A stretch of DNA of 63,710 nucleotides, the filler included, from Basidiobolus meristosporus CBS 931.73 (lineage: Eukaryota; Fungi; Basidiobolomycota): assembly GCA_002104905.1 (NCBI GenBank). It is 3 parts of 3 records of this genome, joined end to end, with 100 filler letters (N's around TTAATTAATTAA, not from the genome) between each part and the next. Parts side by side here need not be neighbours in the genome. Positions count along the whole stretch, not along the records: positions 26,862 to 47,539 come from MCFE01000999.1; positions 47,640 to 63,710 come from MCFE01001132.1; 1 more part is not named here. One strand, 5' to 3'. The position numbers and the translations under genes are program-made. Positions 43,316 to 56,525 of the stretch are shown in pieces (position 1 is the first letter of the stretch; every line of letters starts with the position of its first letter). Below the pieces are notes generated by a model. That model did no database searches. It saw only the letters and a list, made by a program, of their open reading frames with translations, and was not told the DNA's origin.

Positions 43316-46300
43316 TGTTGAAATATTGGACTATATGGTATCATTCAGCAGCTAAAAATTTACTTACCAATTCTAGGCTGGTCTTAGTCACTGTAGGACT
43401 TATTTACTGCCTTAACTTTGCCACTTTCTCCAGATATATGATCTTATGATTATTCCCCTATAGTCAGGATCAAATTATCACTAATACCAAACATTATTCA
43501 CTAACCCTGAAACTGTTACAGAATGCTCCTGAATATTGAGAAACCCTCCCTACTTAGTGTTGCAGCTGTATTACTTCTACAAAGGTATAAATACTGAGCT
43601 TCTTTATGAATAAACAACAGTTCAACTATTATCACTATTTCTTGATAAGTTCCTTATATCCAAATCACTTCTTAAATTGCAACAGGTTATGAGCCCCGAT
43701 TGCCTTAATATATTCTAAAGATGACTTCTACCAGCAAACAAAGCAATACCAACATCTTCCCTGTAAAGGAGAGGTTTGATGGGAAGAACTACAGACTTTG
43801 GAGAATCAAGATGCAGATCCACCTTGAGGAAAGAAAGCTTTGGAACATAGTAACAGGAAAGGAAGTTGAGCCCAAAGGAACAGCAGAAGATGTGGAGAAG
43901 TTTCAAGAGAAGGAGAGAAAGGCCTTCAATGCAATATGCATTAATGTGCAAGACTCCTTCATTGGACAAATCCATGCCTCAAATACTGCCAAAGCAGCAT
44001 GGGAATCCTTAGAGAGGATCTTTAGAGCAAAGTCAGTATCAAGCAAGCTTTATTTGAAACGAATGTTCTTCCACATGAGAAAAAAGCCAGATGATGACAT
44101 GCTACAACTCATTACCAGAATGGAGACACTTGCAGAAGAACTTTACAGTATTAATGCTGGTGTAGATGATGAAGAAAAGATACCCTGTCTGTTTTGCAGC
44201 CTACCAGATAAGTATGAGCCACTCATACTTTCTTTTGAAAGCAGAGAAGACAACTAGACTTTAGACTATGTCAAAGGAAGACTTCTCCATGAAGAACTCA
44301 GATGTAATGATCAAGTGGAGAAAATTAAAGATAATGCTTTATTCAGTTCAGAAAGGCATACAGAAAAGAAGGGAAAGCAACAAAACCGAAGAAAACCTGG
44401 CTGCTGTAACTACTGTAAGAAGCCAGGACACTGGGCAAGAGAATGCAAGAAGAAACAAGCAGACAAAAAACAGAAACTAGAGCAGGCAAACCATATAACT
44501 ACTGATGAACAGTTATTTGTCACTGTACAAGAGAGTGCAAGTAACCAAAGTAATGAATGGTATATTGACTCTGGAGCATCACAGCATATTTGTGGTATAA
44601 AGGATTGGATCAGCAACTTAAAGACTATTCCCATAAGAAAGGTTTATCTGGGAGATAACTCTGCATTGGAAGCTACCGCCAGTGGGTCTATACAACTAAA
44701 TATGAGTGATAACTCAGGGGCAACAACAGCAAAACTGACTGACGTACTCTATGTACCTGGAATAGCTAAGAACCTACTCCCAGTCAGTAAAGCAACTACT
44801 CAGGGACTGAAATTTGTTTTTACTAAGCTGAGCTGCTCAATATTGGGTGAAAATGGACAATAATTAGCTTTGGGAATCAGAGATCACAATATATACAAGT
44901 TACAATGCAAGATCATTGTACCTGAGTATGTCAACATTGCTGAAACTGATGAAACCAACTGGGAGACGTGGCATTGGAGGCTAGGACAAATAGGGGAACA
45001 GAAAATGAGCCAATTGGTGAAAAATCAGCTTGTTTTGGGCCTAAAATACTCAATTCCGATCAAATTGAATGTTTGTAAGGGATGTTCATATGGCAAACAA
45101 GCTAGGCAACATTTCAAGAGCTCAGAAGGCATCAATACCACCAAAATATTGGCTATTGTACACTCAGACATATGTGGCCCCATGAGAACACTGTCCTTTG
45201 GAGCCAAGAGATACTTTATGACGTTTATTGATGACAAGTCAAGATATAAATGGGTGTGCTTCCTCATAACAAAGGATGAAGCTTTAGAGATGTTTAAGCA
45301 CTTCAAGAGCATGGCAGAAACACAAACTGGGTGTAAATTGAAGGTACTACAAAGTGACAATGGAGGAGAATACTGCTCAAAGGAGTTTGCAAAATACTCC
45401 TTGTCTACTGGTATGCTTCAACAGACCACAGTTCCTCATACTCCACAGCAAAATAAAGTAGCAGAATGTGCAAGTTGAACAATAGTAGAGATGGGAAGAT
45501 CTATGCTACATGATAAGGAAGTGGACTACAAGTTTTGGGCTGAATCTGTTGCTACCGCTGTATACATCAAGAACAGATGCCCAACAACAGCACTACGTGA
45601 TTCTACACCCTTTGAAGCATATACAGGCAAAAAACCAGATCTCCAGCACCTTAGGATCTTTGGCAGTGATGTTTATTATCACATCCCTGACAAAAAACGC
45701 TCAAAGTTGGAACCAAAGAGTAGGAAAGGGATCTTTCTCAGGTATTGTGAAGATACTAAAGGGTATAGAGTGTATGATGGCAAAATTCAGAAGCTGATCA
45801 AGAGCAGGGACGTTGTATTTGAGGAGATTTCAGATCAGAAAGCCACGGAAATCATTGGCCAGCTGCCTGATGATGCAATCAACACAAATGAAGAAGATAC
45901 GTACCAAATCCAGCCAGAGATGGAAGATACTTCTACCTGTTCCAGATCAGAACAGATTATCCCAGTTAGGAGATCTAACAGAATAAGAAATGCCCCTGGA
46001 TCCTGGTGGCAGACATCCAATGATCATGAAGAAGCTTATCTTGCCTTATGTGCCAAACCTCAGAATCTGGAACAGGCAATGCAAGGTCCAGATGCTACTA
46101 AGTGGCAACAAGCCATGCAGGAGGAGTACCAATCACTGATCAAGGCAAAAACATGGGAACTGGTAGATTTACCAAATGGGAGAAAGCCAATAGGATGTAG
46201 ATGGGTCTACAAGATCAAGATAACCTCAAATGGTGCCGTTGATAAGTACAAGGCTAGATTGGTAGCTAAAGGCTATTCCCAGATCCAGGGACTAGACTTT

Positions 46301-47539
46301 AAGGAAACATTTGCTCTGGTTGCCAAGTTTAGCTCTATTAGGACAGTTCTAGCCCTGGCAGCTGTACACAGTCTAGATCTACACTAAATGGACGTCAAAA
46401 CAGCCTTTCTAAATGGGGATTTGCAAGAAACTATATATATGGAGCAACCAGAAGGTTTTACCAATCCAAAAAGCCCCCATAAGGTGTGCAAACTTAGAAA
46501 AACGTTGTATGGGCTTAAGCAGGCACCTAGAGCATGGTATAATAAGATTGACACATATCTAGAGGAAATTGGGTTCTCTTGTAGCACCACAGATCACAAT
46601 ATATATGTGAAACAGCTCAAAAAGGGTGTGATCATCCTAGTTCTTTATGTGGACGACCTAATTATAGCTACAAGTGATCAAGAGGCACTTAAACAGAAAA
46701 AATCAGATCTCTTCAGCAAGTTTGAGATGAAAGATCTTGGAAAATTAAGCTATTATCTTGGAATTGAGGTCAAATTTGAAATACCTACGCAGAAAGTTGT
46801 GCTGAATCAGTCTAAGTACATCAGGGACATTCTTAGACGCTTCAAAATTGAAAATTGCAAACCTGCAGCAACCCCTATGGACAATAACCTGAAATTAAGC
46901 AAATCGCAGCCAGTTATAGATGAAAACGGCTCATATATTGACCAAAACTTTCTCTATCAATCAATGGTTGGTAGCCTAATGTACCTGATGGTGTCTACAC
47001 ATCCAGATATTGCAGTAGCAGTTGGAATAGTCAGTCAATTCATGCAGAATTATGGATCAGATCAAATTGCGGCAGTTAAGCGGATTTTCAGATATCTACA
47101 AGGTACCATAAATATGGTACTGGAATACTCTGGAGCAGCTAATAGGCAAAAATTTGATGGTTATAGTGTTTCAGATTGGGGTAGGGATCTGATTGACAGA
47201 CGCTCTACCACAGGCTATGTATTTCTTTATGCAGGTGCAGCTATTACTTGGAATTGCAAGAAACAACCAACTGTGGCACTATCTACAACTGAAGCCAAAT
47301 ATATGGCTGCATGTCAAGCAACTAAGGAGGCTATATGGCTACAAAAATTATTCAAAGACTTAGGTTTTAATTCAGGTGAAAACAACATGTATTTACAAGG
47401 ATAATCAAAGTTGTATTTCATTAGCTAGAAATCCTACTAATCATGCCAGAACTAAGCACATTGATATACAGCATCACTTTTGTGAGGGACGCTGTAGAAA
47501 ATAACTTAGTGGAGCTGGTTTACTGCCCAACTGACAAAA
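43316..47539 (+). mobile_element. Ty1/copia family A, near full length, cut by contig end, inactivated by in-frame stops
   Basis: 5' LTR 43316-43684, PBS GGTTATGAGCCC 43685-43696, gag from 43721, CNYCKKPGHWAREC, DSGAS, IN, RT YVDD, RNaseH. Stops at 44257, ~44866, 45478 and 46387. Confidence 0.95.
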
Positions 47540-47639
47540 NNNNNNNNNNNNNNNNNNNNNNNNNNNNNNNNNNNNNNNNNNNNTTAATTAATTAANNNNN
47601 NNNNNNNNNNNNNNNNNNNNNNNNNNNNNNNNNNNNNNN
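47540..47639. other. Artificial contig linker N44-TTAATTAATTAA-N44
   Basis: Same 100-nt structure as 26762-26861. Confidence 0.97.
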
Positions 47640-48440
47640 ATTTTGGAAGACAGAAGATCCACTACATGATATATCTTTGTTTACTGTCAAGGAGCAATTT
47701 CATGGAATTCAAGAAAGCAACCAACCATAGCACTTTCTACTACAGGCACAGAGTATATGGCAGCCTTAGAAGTTACAAAAGAATCAATGTGGCAAAGAAA
47801 GCTTTTTATAGATTTAAGCCTATGTCAAAAAACGCCTATTACTTTATTTCAAGATAATCAAGGATGTATACAATTAGGTAGAAATCCAACTTTTCATGCT
47901 AGAACTAAGCACATAGATATTAGACATAATTTCATACATGAAGCTATAGAGAATAAGTCAGTTAGCTTAGTTTACTGTCCTACAGATTATATGATTGCAG
48001 ATGTATTTACCAAACCATTAGCTAGTGACAAGTTTGAATATCTTGGGTCAAAGTTAGGACCAGTCAGTATGAGCATTTAGCTGAGTGGGAGTGTTGTAAA
48101 AAGTTTGTATTTCCACCTAAATATTCACCTAACTTAGTCACTTAGATCGTTACCCTCAAATCCTAGAGAATACTGACCAAATTCCTTGTTGGGATTTACT
48201 TAGAATATTTTCACCAAAATACCAGGTACCCAGAACATGAAAATTCTCAAAGTTGTCCAAAAAGCCCCAAGCTTTGCACACATGCTTTTGGGGTCTTCTG
48301 CAACCCATTCTACATGCTTTTTAGGCCAAGAGCATTTAAAAGTATAAATACTACTTCTACATTCAATAAATCATAAAGTGAAAACCACATAATCTACTTG
48401 TTCTCCCAAATCACTTGCAATATCTCCTAGACTCCTAAAG
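47640..48440 (+). mobile_element. Copia family B 3' end: RNaseH, PPT, 3' LTR
   Basis: DNQGCIQL...HARTKHIDIRH, PPT AGCTGAGTGGGAG 48079-48091, LTR from 48092, right end diverged. Confidence 0.9.
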
Positions 48441-49059
48441 CAGGTATTTGTGTTGCTGTACAATGGGATGAGGATACACTTCAGAGATGATTTTTGAGGC
48501 CATTGTGGAAGGTTCCAATATTGGATGAACCGCCAGGGAATCTGCTTAATGAACATCTTAGTTATATGAATAACATTAGGAAACAGTTAGGATTAAAAGA
48601 AAAGTTTTGGAGAAGTTCTGGTGACAAGATAGTGAATTTGCCAACTAAACAAATGGTAGAGAGTTATAGGATGTGGTTATACAACACAAATGCAAATAAA
48701 TAATTTGTGGCAATAATCTATGGCAATAATTTCTGGCAGTAATTTTATAATAGTTGTATTTACATACATATTAATTTAGGCTGTTGACTAGAGTTGGAAT
48801 ACAGAATATTATAATCTTTTTTTAACAACCAAAATTAAAAACCAAATTTATATTTGATATCAGTTTTAACCCAAATTTATAATTTCATATCACACTTAAC
48901 TCTCTTACATATATACCCACTTTTAATAACTTCTTTCTCCTCTATACCCACACTCAAATCTTAACTCACCCTCTTGCCACTTTCATTTTAAAATACTTTT
49001 CTTTCTTGCACAAATCTTTCTTAACATCTAAATCCTATCTCTCTCCCATATAAAGCTCT

Positions 49060-49560
49060 AGTGTTCCTGCTAAAGTCATTGAAAAAGGGCATTATGGAAG
49101 AAATACTTATTGAATGGTGAATTTTAATGGAGTTACTTGTTGAGTGTGGGGTTGGGCTTAATGTTGGTGTTGAGTATAAGGACTTGAATAGGTCAATAGA
49201 ATTGGCAACTGAAGTTTCAATGGAAATAAATCAACTTGTATACATGAAAAGTAAGAGAATTGGCTGAGTCAGGGAGTAAGGAGTGTGAAAAAGTGGCAAT
49301 AGTCAACCAATGCACACAAACATAGGAGGTAATTGAGTGTCCAGGATCTGAAAGTGAGAGAATTGGCAGAGGACCTATCAAAAGCCACTTATGTACTGTT
49401 GTGATGGAAAATTTTGAACAAGTATTTGTGAAATTTAGGGTGTAACATTTTTCAATGGTCTTTGCACAGTGTCCTGATGGTATTAATACCTCTTAGTCAT
49501 GGGACTTTAATTTTGTGATGGCCTTTTGATGTGCTCATCAAAATTGTTTCTCATGGGGTA
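49060..49560 (+). repeat. Second copy of the unclassified repeat at 38745-39240
   Basis: Colinear inverted homology, residual frame ELLVECGVGLNVGVEYKDLNRSIDWQLKFQWK. Confidence 0.55.
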
Positions 49561-50967
49561 TTGCAGCCATATATATGATTTTTTCTTATATCAAAAGGAT
49601 GTAAAAGCTGTATTTTTGAGTGGAGAGCTTGTTGAGGACATGTACATGGACAAGCCTGATAGGTTTGCTGAAGAAGATAGCCCCTATTTAGTCTGCAAGC
49701 TTAAAAATCTCTACATGGTCTCAGGCAATCACCAAGAGCCTGGAATTGCAGGATAAGTTTGTATTAAGAATATTTGAGTATCCACAGGAGCAATGCTGAC
49801 TATAGGATATACTATGAGCCAGATAGAGCAAATCCAGTTCTATTGGATTTACATGTGTATGATTTTATTATAGCCACTATTAGCCAAGAAACCTTGGTAG
49901 ACACAAAGTATTATACTCAAGAAACACTGAAGAAGTACAAAATGGAAGACTGTAAACCAGCAGCTACCCCAATGGAGACAGACCTTAACTTGGTAAAAAG
50001 GCAACCAAATCAAGAGAACATGATGCCATGTTTGGAACACTTCTGGATATCTCATATTCAGTCAAAATTGTCAGCCAGCACAATCAGAACTATGAATCTG
50101 ATCTTATTGCAGCAGTTAAGTGGATTTTTAGATACCTAAAAGGAACTACTGATATTTGCTCAAGGTACACTTATAAGAGGTCTCAGCAGGATCTTGTGGG
50201 ATACTCTCATGCTCATTAGGCACAAAACTTAGAAGACAGAATATCCACCACAGGATACACCTTTCTTTACTGTAAAGGAGCAATTTCATGGAATTCAAGA
50301 GAGCAACCAACTGTAGCACTTTCTACCACAGAGGCAGAGTATATGGCAGTCTGTAAAGCTACAGACAAAGGAATGGGGTTGGGGAAGATCTTGAAGATTT
50401 AGGATTACGCTAAAAGACACCTATTACTTTATTTCAAGAGAATCAACAATGTATACAATTAGGTAGAAATCCAACTTTTCATGCTAGAACCAAGCACATA
50501 GATATCAGACATCACTTCATATGTGAAGCTATAGAGAATAACTTGGCTCACTTAGTTGACTGTTCTATAGATGGAATGATTGCAGATATATTTACCAAAC
50601 AACTAGCTGGAGACAAATTTGAATGTCCTAGGTCAAAATTAGGACTAGTCAGTATGAACATTTAGCTGACTGGGAGTGTCATAAGAGTTTGTGATTCTAC
50701 CTAAATATTCACCTAGCTTGGTCACTTAGATCAATACCTACAGATCTTAGAGAATAGTGACCAAATTCCTTGTTGGAACTTACTCACAATATTTTCACCA
50801 AATAAATATTACCTAGAACATGAAAATTCTCAAAGTTGTCCACACAGCCCCAAACTTTGCACACATGTTCTTGGGTCCTTTCTTAACCTATTCTACATGT
50901 TTGTAATTCCAAGACCATGTAAAGTATAAATACTACTTTAACATTCAATAAATCATAAAGTGAAAAC
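49560..50967 (+). mobile_element. Older copia family-B RT/RNaseH relic with 3' LTR (50677-50967, completed at 55317-55372)
   Basis: PPT AGCTGACTGGGAG then TG. The LTR stops at AAAAC and resumes after the inserted element with CACATAATC...CTCTTACAACA. Confidence 0.85.
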
Positions 50968-53900
50968 TGTTGTAAGAGTCTTGGAGATATTGGAAGTGAT
51001 TGGGAGAACAAGTAGATTATGTGGTTTTCACTTTATGATTTATTGAATGTTAAAGTAGTATTTATGCTTTTACCTGGTCTTGGCATTACAATCACGTAGA
51101 ATAGGTTAAGGAAGGTCCCAAGAACATGTGTGCAAAGTTTGGGGCTGTTTGGACAACTTTGAGAATTTTCATGTTCTGGGTACCTGGTATTTTGGTGAAA
51201 ATATTCTAAGTAAATCCCGACAAGGAATTTGGTCAGTATTCTCTAGGATTTGAGGGTAATGATCTAAGTGAGTAAGTTAGGTGAATATATAGGTGGAAAT
51301 ACAAACTTTTTACAACACTCCCACTCAGCTAAATGTTCATACTGACTAGTCCTAATTTTGACCTAAGATATTCAAACTTGTCTCTAGCTAATGGCTTGGT
51401 AAATATGTCTGCAATCATTTCATCTGTAGGACAGTAAACTAAGCTAACTAAGTTATTCTCTATAGCTTCACGTATGAAATGATGTCTAATATCTATGTGC
51501 TTAGTTCTAGCATGAAAAGTTGGATTTCTACCTAATTGTATACATCCTTGATTGTCTTGAAATAAAGTAATAGGCGTTTTTTGACATAGACCTAAGTCTG
51601 TAAACAGCTTTCTTAACCACATTGCTTCTTTTGTAGCTTCACAGGCTGCCATATACTCTGCCTCTGTGGTGGAAAGTGCTACGGTTGGTTGCTTTCTTGA
51701 ATTCCATGAAATTGCTCCTTTACAGTAAAGAAAAGTGTGTCCTGTGGTGGATCTTCTGTCTTCTGAATTTTGTCCCCAATCTGCATCAGAGTATCCCACA
51801 AGATCCTGTTCTGAATGTTTAGGCTTTGGTTGATAGTCTGGGTACTTCTGTCTATGGAGAACTTAATCCTTAAGTAGTAACTAAGTTCTCCTAAATCAGA
51901 CATCTTGAACTCCCTAGATAGGCTGGATTTAGTTTCTTCCAATGCTTCTAGGTTATTGGCGGCTATAATAAGATCATCCACATATAGAGCTAATAGAAAT
52001 GAATTTTCTCTATCTGGCTTATAGTATATACTATAGTCAGCATTACCTCTTTTGAAACTCAAAGATTCCAAATAAGAATCTATCTTGCAATTCCAGGCTC
52101 TTGGTGATTGTTTGAGACCATATAGTGACTTTTTAAGCTTGCAGACCAAATGGGGGTTATCTTGGTCAGCAAAACCATCAGGCTGGTCCATATACACATC
52201 CTCATCAAGTTCTCCATTCAAAAATGCAGTTTTTACATCCATTTGATGAATAAAAAACTTCTATTTGGCCGCAATAGCCAATATTAATCTGATGGAATTA
52301 AGCTTGGCTACCAGTGCAAAGGTCTCAGTATAGTCAAGTCCTTTTGTTTGAGAGTATCCTTTGGCTACAAGTCTTGCTTTGTATCTTTCAATTGTACCAT
52401 CAGCCTTTTATTTTGTCTTGAAGACCCAACTGCATCCAATTGATTTTTGGTTGATTGGTAATTTGACTAAGTCCCAAGTTTGATTTTCCATCAGTGCATG
52501 ATATTCCTCAGTCATTGCAGATCTCCAAAACTTTGTCTGAGGGCTATTTAGGGCCTCTTTTACAGTATGGGATTCATCAATATGGACTGAATAGGCATAG
52601 GCTAAGCTTGTACCCTCATTGATATAGTAATTTGGGCTATTTCTTGTCCAATTGGATCTCTGGGCATTTGATACTGGAATGATCACTTCTGGGATATTCC
52701 TAGGCACTGATTCTGGCTGAACCACGGTTGTAGAGTCCTCTGGAGTGAAACATTTTTCATTGTTTTGCTCTGATTCAATCCTGACAATTGGTGGACTTGA
52801 GATCAAATTTTTGTCATCATCTGATGTCATTTTTTGTGAAAATTTTGAATTTTCATCAAACAACACATCCCTGGACTTGATAAGCTTCTTTGCTTTGGTA
52901 TTGTAGAGTCTGTATGCCTTACTCCCATTGCAGTAGCCCAAAAATATGCATTTTACACTTTTTGGCTCAAATTTTGACTGATTTCTGGCCAGTTTTTTGG
53001 CATATGCTGTACTCCCAAATATTCTTGGATGTTCTGCACTTGGTCTGTATCCATACCATGCTTCAAATGGAGTAGAATCAGGAAGTATTCTGTTATAACT
53101 CCTATTTTTAAGGTATACAGCAGTGGCAACTGATTCTGCCCAAAAAACATAAGATAATTTTTGTTCATGGATCATAGATCTTGCCATATCAATTATTGAT
53201 CTGTTAGCTTGTTCTGTTACTCCATTTTGCTGTGGGGAGTATGGAACAGTAGTCTCTTGCTTTATCCCATGAATTTTGCAGAAGTGGATGAAGAGTTTTG
53301 AGGTATATTCTCCACCATTGTCAGAGCGTATTTTCTTGATTTTTTCACCAGTTTCTCTCTCCACCATGGCTTTAAACTCCCTGAGCTTAGACAGAGCTTC
53401 TTCCTTTCTCTCCATGAAGTAGACCCATGTGTATCTTGTATAATCATCAATAAAAGTGATTAAATACTTGATCCCGCCTAAGGATAAATTTTGCCTAGGT
53501 CCACACAGATCTGAGTGAATTAGATCTAATTTTTTCTTAGTTTTGATTAACCCAGAGCTCTTGAATAGTTGTCTGGCTTGTTTCCCACTTATGCAGGCTT
53601 CACAGTGCTCCAAATTAGCTGGGGGATCAATTTTCACTCCAGAAATTAGCTGGTCTTTGATCATTTTACGCAAATAATCACAATTGATGTGTCCAAATCT
53701 CCTGTGCCAAAGCATTGGTGTTTCTTCATTTAAGTTACTTATATTTGCTTCCAAATATGATGGAATATAAGTCAACTTGTATAGATTCTGATCTCTGATG
53801 CCCAAAGCAATATGGGCACCATTTTGATCAGTGATCCTGCATCCAGAATTGTCAAAACTGAAACTGAGTCCTTCTGCTGTGGCCTTGCTTACAGAGAGTA

Positions 53901-55311
53901 GGTTCTTGGCTATTTCTGGTACATAGAGTACCTCTTTAAAGGTCAGTGTATGGCTTCCTTCACTGCTTCTAAGGTTTACTTGGATGGTTCCGTCTCCCAC
54001 TGCATCAAGTGTTCTATCATCACCCATGAAAACCTTCTTAATTGGAATTTCTTGATATTAGGTAAAAAGTTCTTTTTGGTGTGTAAAGTGTTGAGAAGCT
54101 CCAGAGTCAATATACCACGTCTGAGAATCCTTGTTTGTGGTCATATTTAGTGCAGATATGAATAGTCTATCTTCAGTTGTTGCAGTATTTCCATATTCAG
54201 GCTTCTTTTGCTGATAATCTCTCTTTTTGAGACACCGGTCTGATGTGTGTCCTTTCCTTTTGCAGTAGTTACAAAGTAGGTTGCTGTTGCCTTTGTAGGG
54301 TCTTGGGTATCTTTTTTGTTGGCTATCATTGCTTATTAAAGCATTTTCTTCTTCCTTCTTATTGGTGCGTGATTTTCTTAATTCTTCATCCAGGAGCCTT
54401 CCATATATGTAATTTAAGGTCAAATCTTCAGTTCTGGACTCTAGGGCTGATAGAAGGCCCTGAAACTTGTCTGTCACGCTATTCAGGATGGTAACTATCA
54501 CATCCTCATCAGTAGTTGGTACGCCCACAGATTCCATCTCATCTACCAGCAGGGTAATTCTGTTAATTAGATTTTTCATTTCTTCTCCTGGCAGCATCTT
54601 TGTAGTAAAGAATTTTTGTCTCAGATACATTTTCTTGGCAGCTGAACATGACTGGTAGGTGTCTTCCAATGCTTTCCAGGCATTCTTTGCCATTTTTGCT
54701 CTTGAGCATTGAATTAGCAATTTGTCCTTGACATTAAGGCAAATGCAGTTGAAGGCACTTTGTTCTTTCTTCTGGTACTTTAAGGCTTCCTCTCCCACGT
54801 TTTTAGGAGGGCATTCTTCTCCCATGACAATATCCCAAAGGCCTCTTTCTTGTAGCAGCATCTTCATCTTCACCATCCACACTTGGTAGTTAGAGCCATC
54901 CAACTTTTCAGCAGAGGGAAAAATTCCAGTAATAGCAGTAGTAGACATTGCAGAGAGTGACAGCTTGGGGCTCATAACCTGTTGTAAGAGTCTTGGAGAT
55001 ATTGGAAGTGATTGGGAGAACAAGTAGATTATGTGGTTTTCACTTAATGATTTATTGAATGTAAAAGTAGTATTTATACTTTTACCTGGTCTTGGCATTA
55101 CAAACACATAGAATAGGTTAAGGAAGGTCCCAAGAACATGTGTGCAAAGTTTGGGGCTGTTTGGACAACTTAGAATATTTACCCAGAACATGAAAATTCT
55201 CAAAGTAAATCCCAACAAGGAATTTGGTCAGTATTCTCTAGGATTTGAGGGTAATGATCTAAGTGACTAAGTTAGGTGAATATTTAGGTGGAAATACGAA
55301 TTTTTACAACA
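50968..55311 (-). mobile_element. Younger Ty1/copia family B, both LTRs, TSD AAAAC, inserted into a family-B LTR
   Basis: 3' LTR 50968-51317, 5' LTR 54980-55311 (~96-97% by eye outside an inversion), PBS GGTTATGAGCCC, gag ATG 54948, CNYCKRKGHTSDRC, DSGAS, IN 52408-54027, RT YVDD, RNaseH 51329-51799. Several stops and an RT deletion. Confidence 0.96.
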
Positions 55312-56525
55312 AAAACCACATAATCTACTTGTTCTCCCAATCACTTCCAATATCTCCAAGACTCTTACAACACAAACAAGGACACTACAAGCAAATCCTG
55401 CTGGCCATTGATGCTCATCAGCCTGAATCCACCACCAATCTTACTGCGTCCAAGCAGCAACCAGATGGTAGCCTCACTGACATCATCAGTTAAATTCCAA
55501 AAACCAGCTTGACTAGATATTAGCCAACTTGCTAGACTAGCAAAATCCCTGAAGGCACCAAGATTTTTCTGTTTGTCCAAAAGACTGCTAGCCGTACATA
55601 CAGTATCCTGCAATCTTTCTTGGTATGCTTGTATCCCCAGTTCTCCAATGACACTAGATCATTCTCAGTGATCTCTCTCCTAACAATAGGAAGTATCTGG
55701 CATCCTCTGCACCCAAAAGTGTTCTGTTGCTTGCACCTAGGTTGTCAGATTGCTTGTAGCTTGGTAGACCACCTTGGGTTGAATCCCATGAGGTGTACGC
55801 ATACTCAAAGCAGTGTGGTGCCCAGCTGGATGGTAACAAACAGTCCACTGGGCATAAAGTTAGCCATCGCTCCCACCTCGCAAAGACCCAATATTACCCG
55901 TAAATATTCGACCCTATAATCATGCTAATTTCAGGGCAAGTGAAATCTCAAACCTCCAGAGTAGGCAAACGATGGACATTGAGCCCACCAATCAATGGGA
56001 TGGTGGGAACATTTATTGAATCAATACCACGCGAAAGATCGGATTCACGGGATTCTCGATAGGTAGAGATGAGGATTGGTGTCCCAACTCCCCGACCTCG
56101 ATATTTTCCATCCAGGTGGCTTTGACCGCCCCATCAGTAGTAGGTACCAGCCGTCAACAACTCGTAGGCCATGGATTACCGACAAAATGTGGAGCGCAGC
56201 CTACACCCGTGCAGAGCTTTGTGGTCGAGGGAAGTCTTTGTTGAGCCGGGTTGAATTCAAGGCATTGGGAAAGGAACCTGGAGGGTGGGGCACCTGCCGG
56301 CCCGACGTTGGCCGTTTGAAATGCACCCTTTTTATCGGTCGTACTGAGTGCCTTTCGGGACCAACCAGCAAAGAAGGGGAAGCTCACTGGTGTACAAGCA
56401 AGTATTAGATCGTTTATTGAGTTTCGGGGGGCGGGGAAATTAAGGTTTACACAAAAGGAGTAACGTCGGCTGACGACTAGAAGCCGACACTTTCGCACCG
56501 AAAAACTCATCCACCACCCGGCCAC

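Noticed and set aside
43316-47539. Classical CpA-targeted RIP as the main mutational process
   Set aside because: Some stops are CAA to TAA, but the clearest paralog comparison (2608-2889) and overall composition point to CpG loss. A full context count is needed to exclude a RIP contribution.
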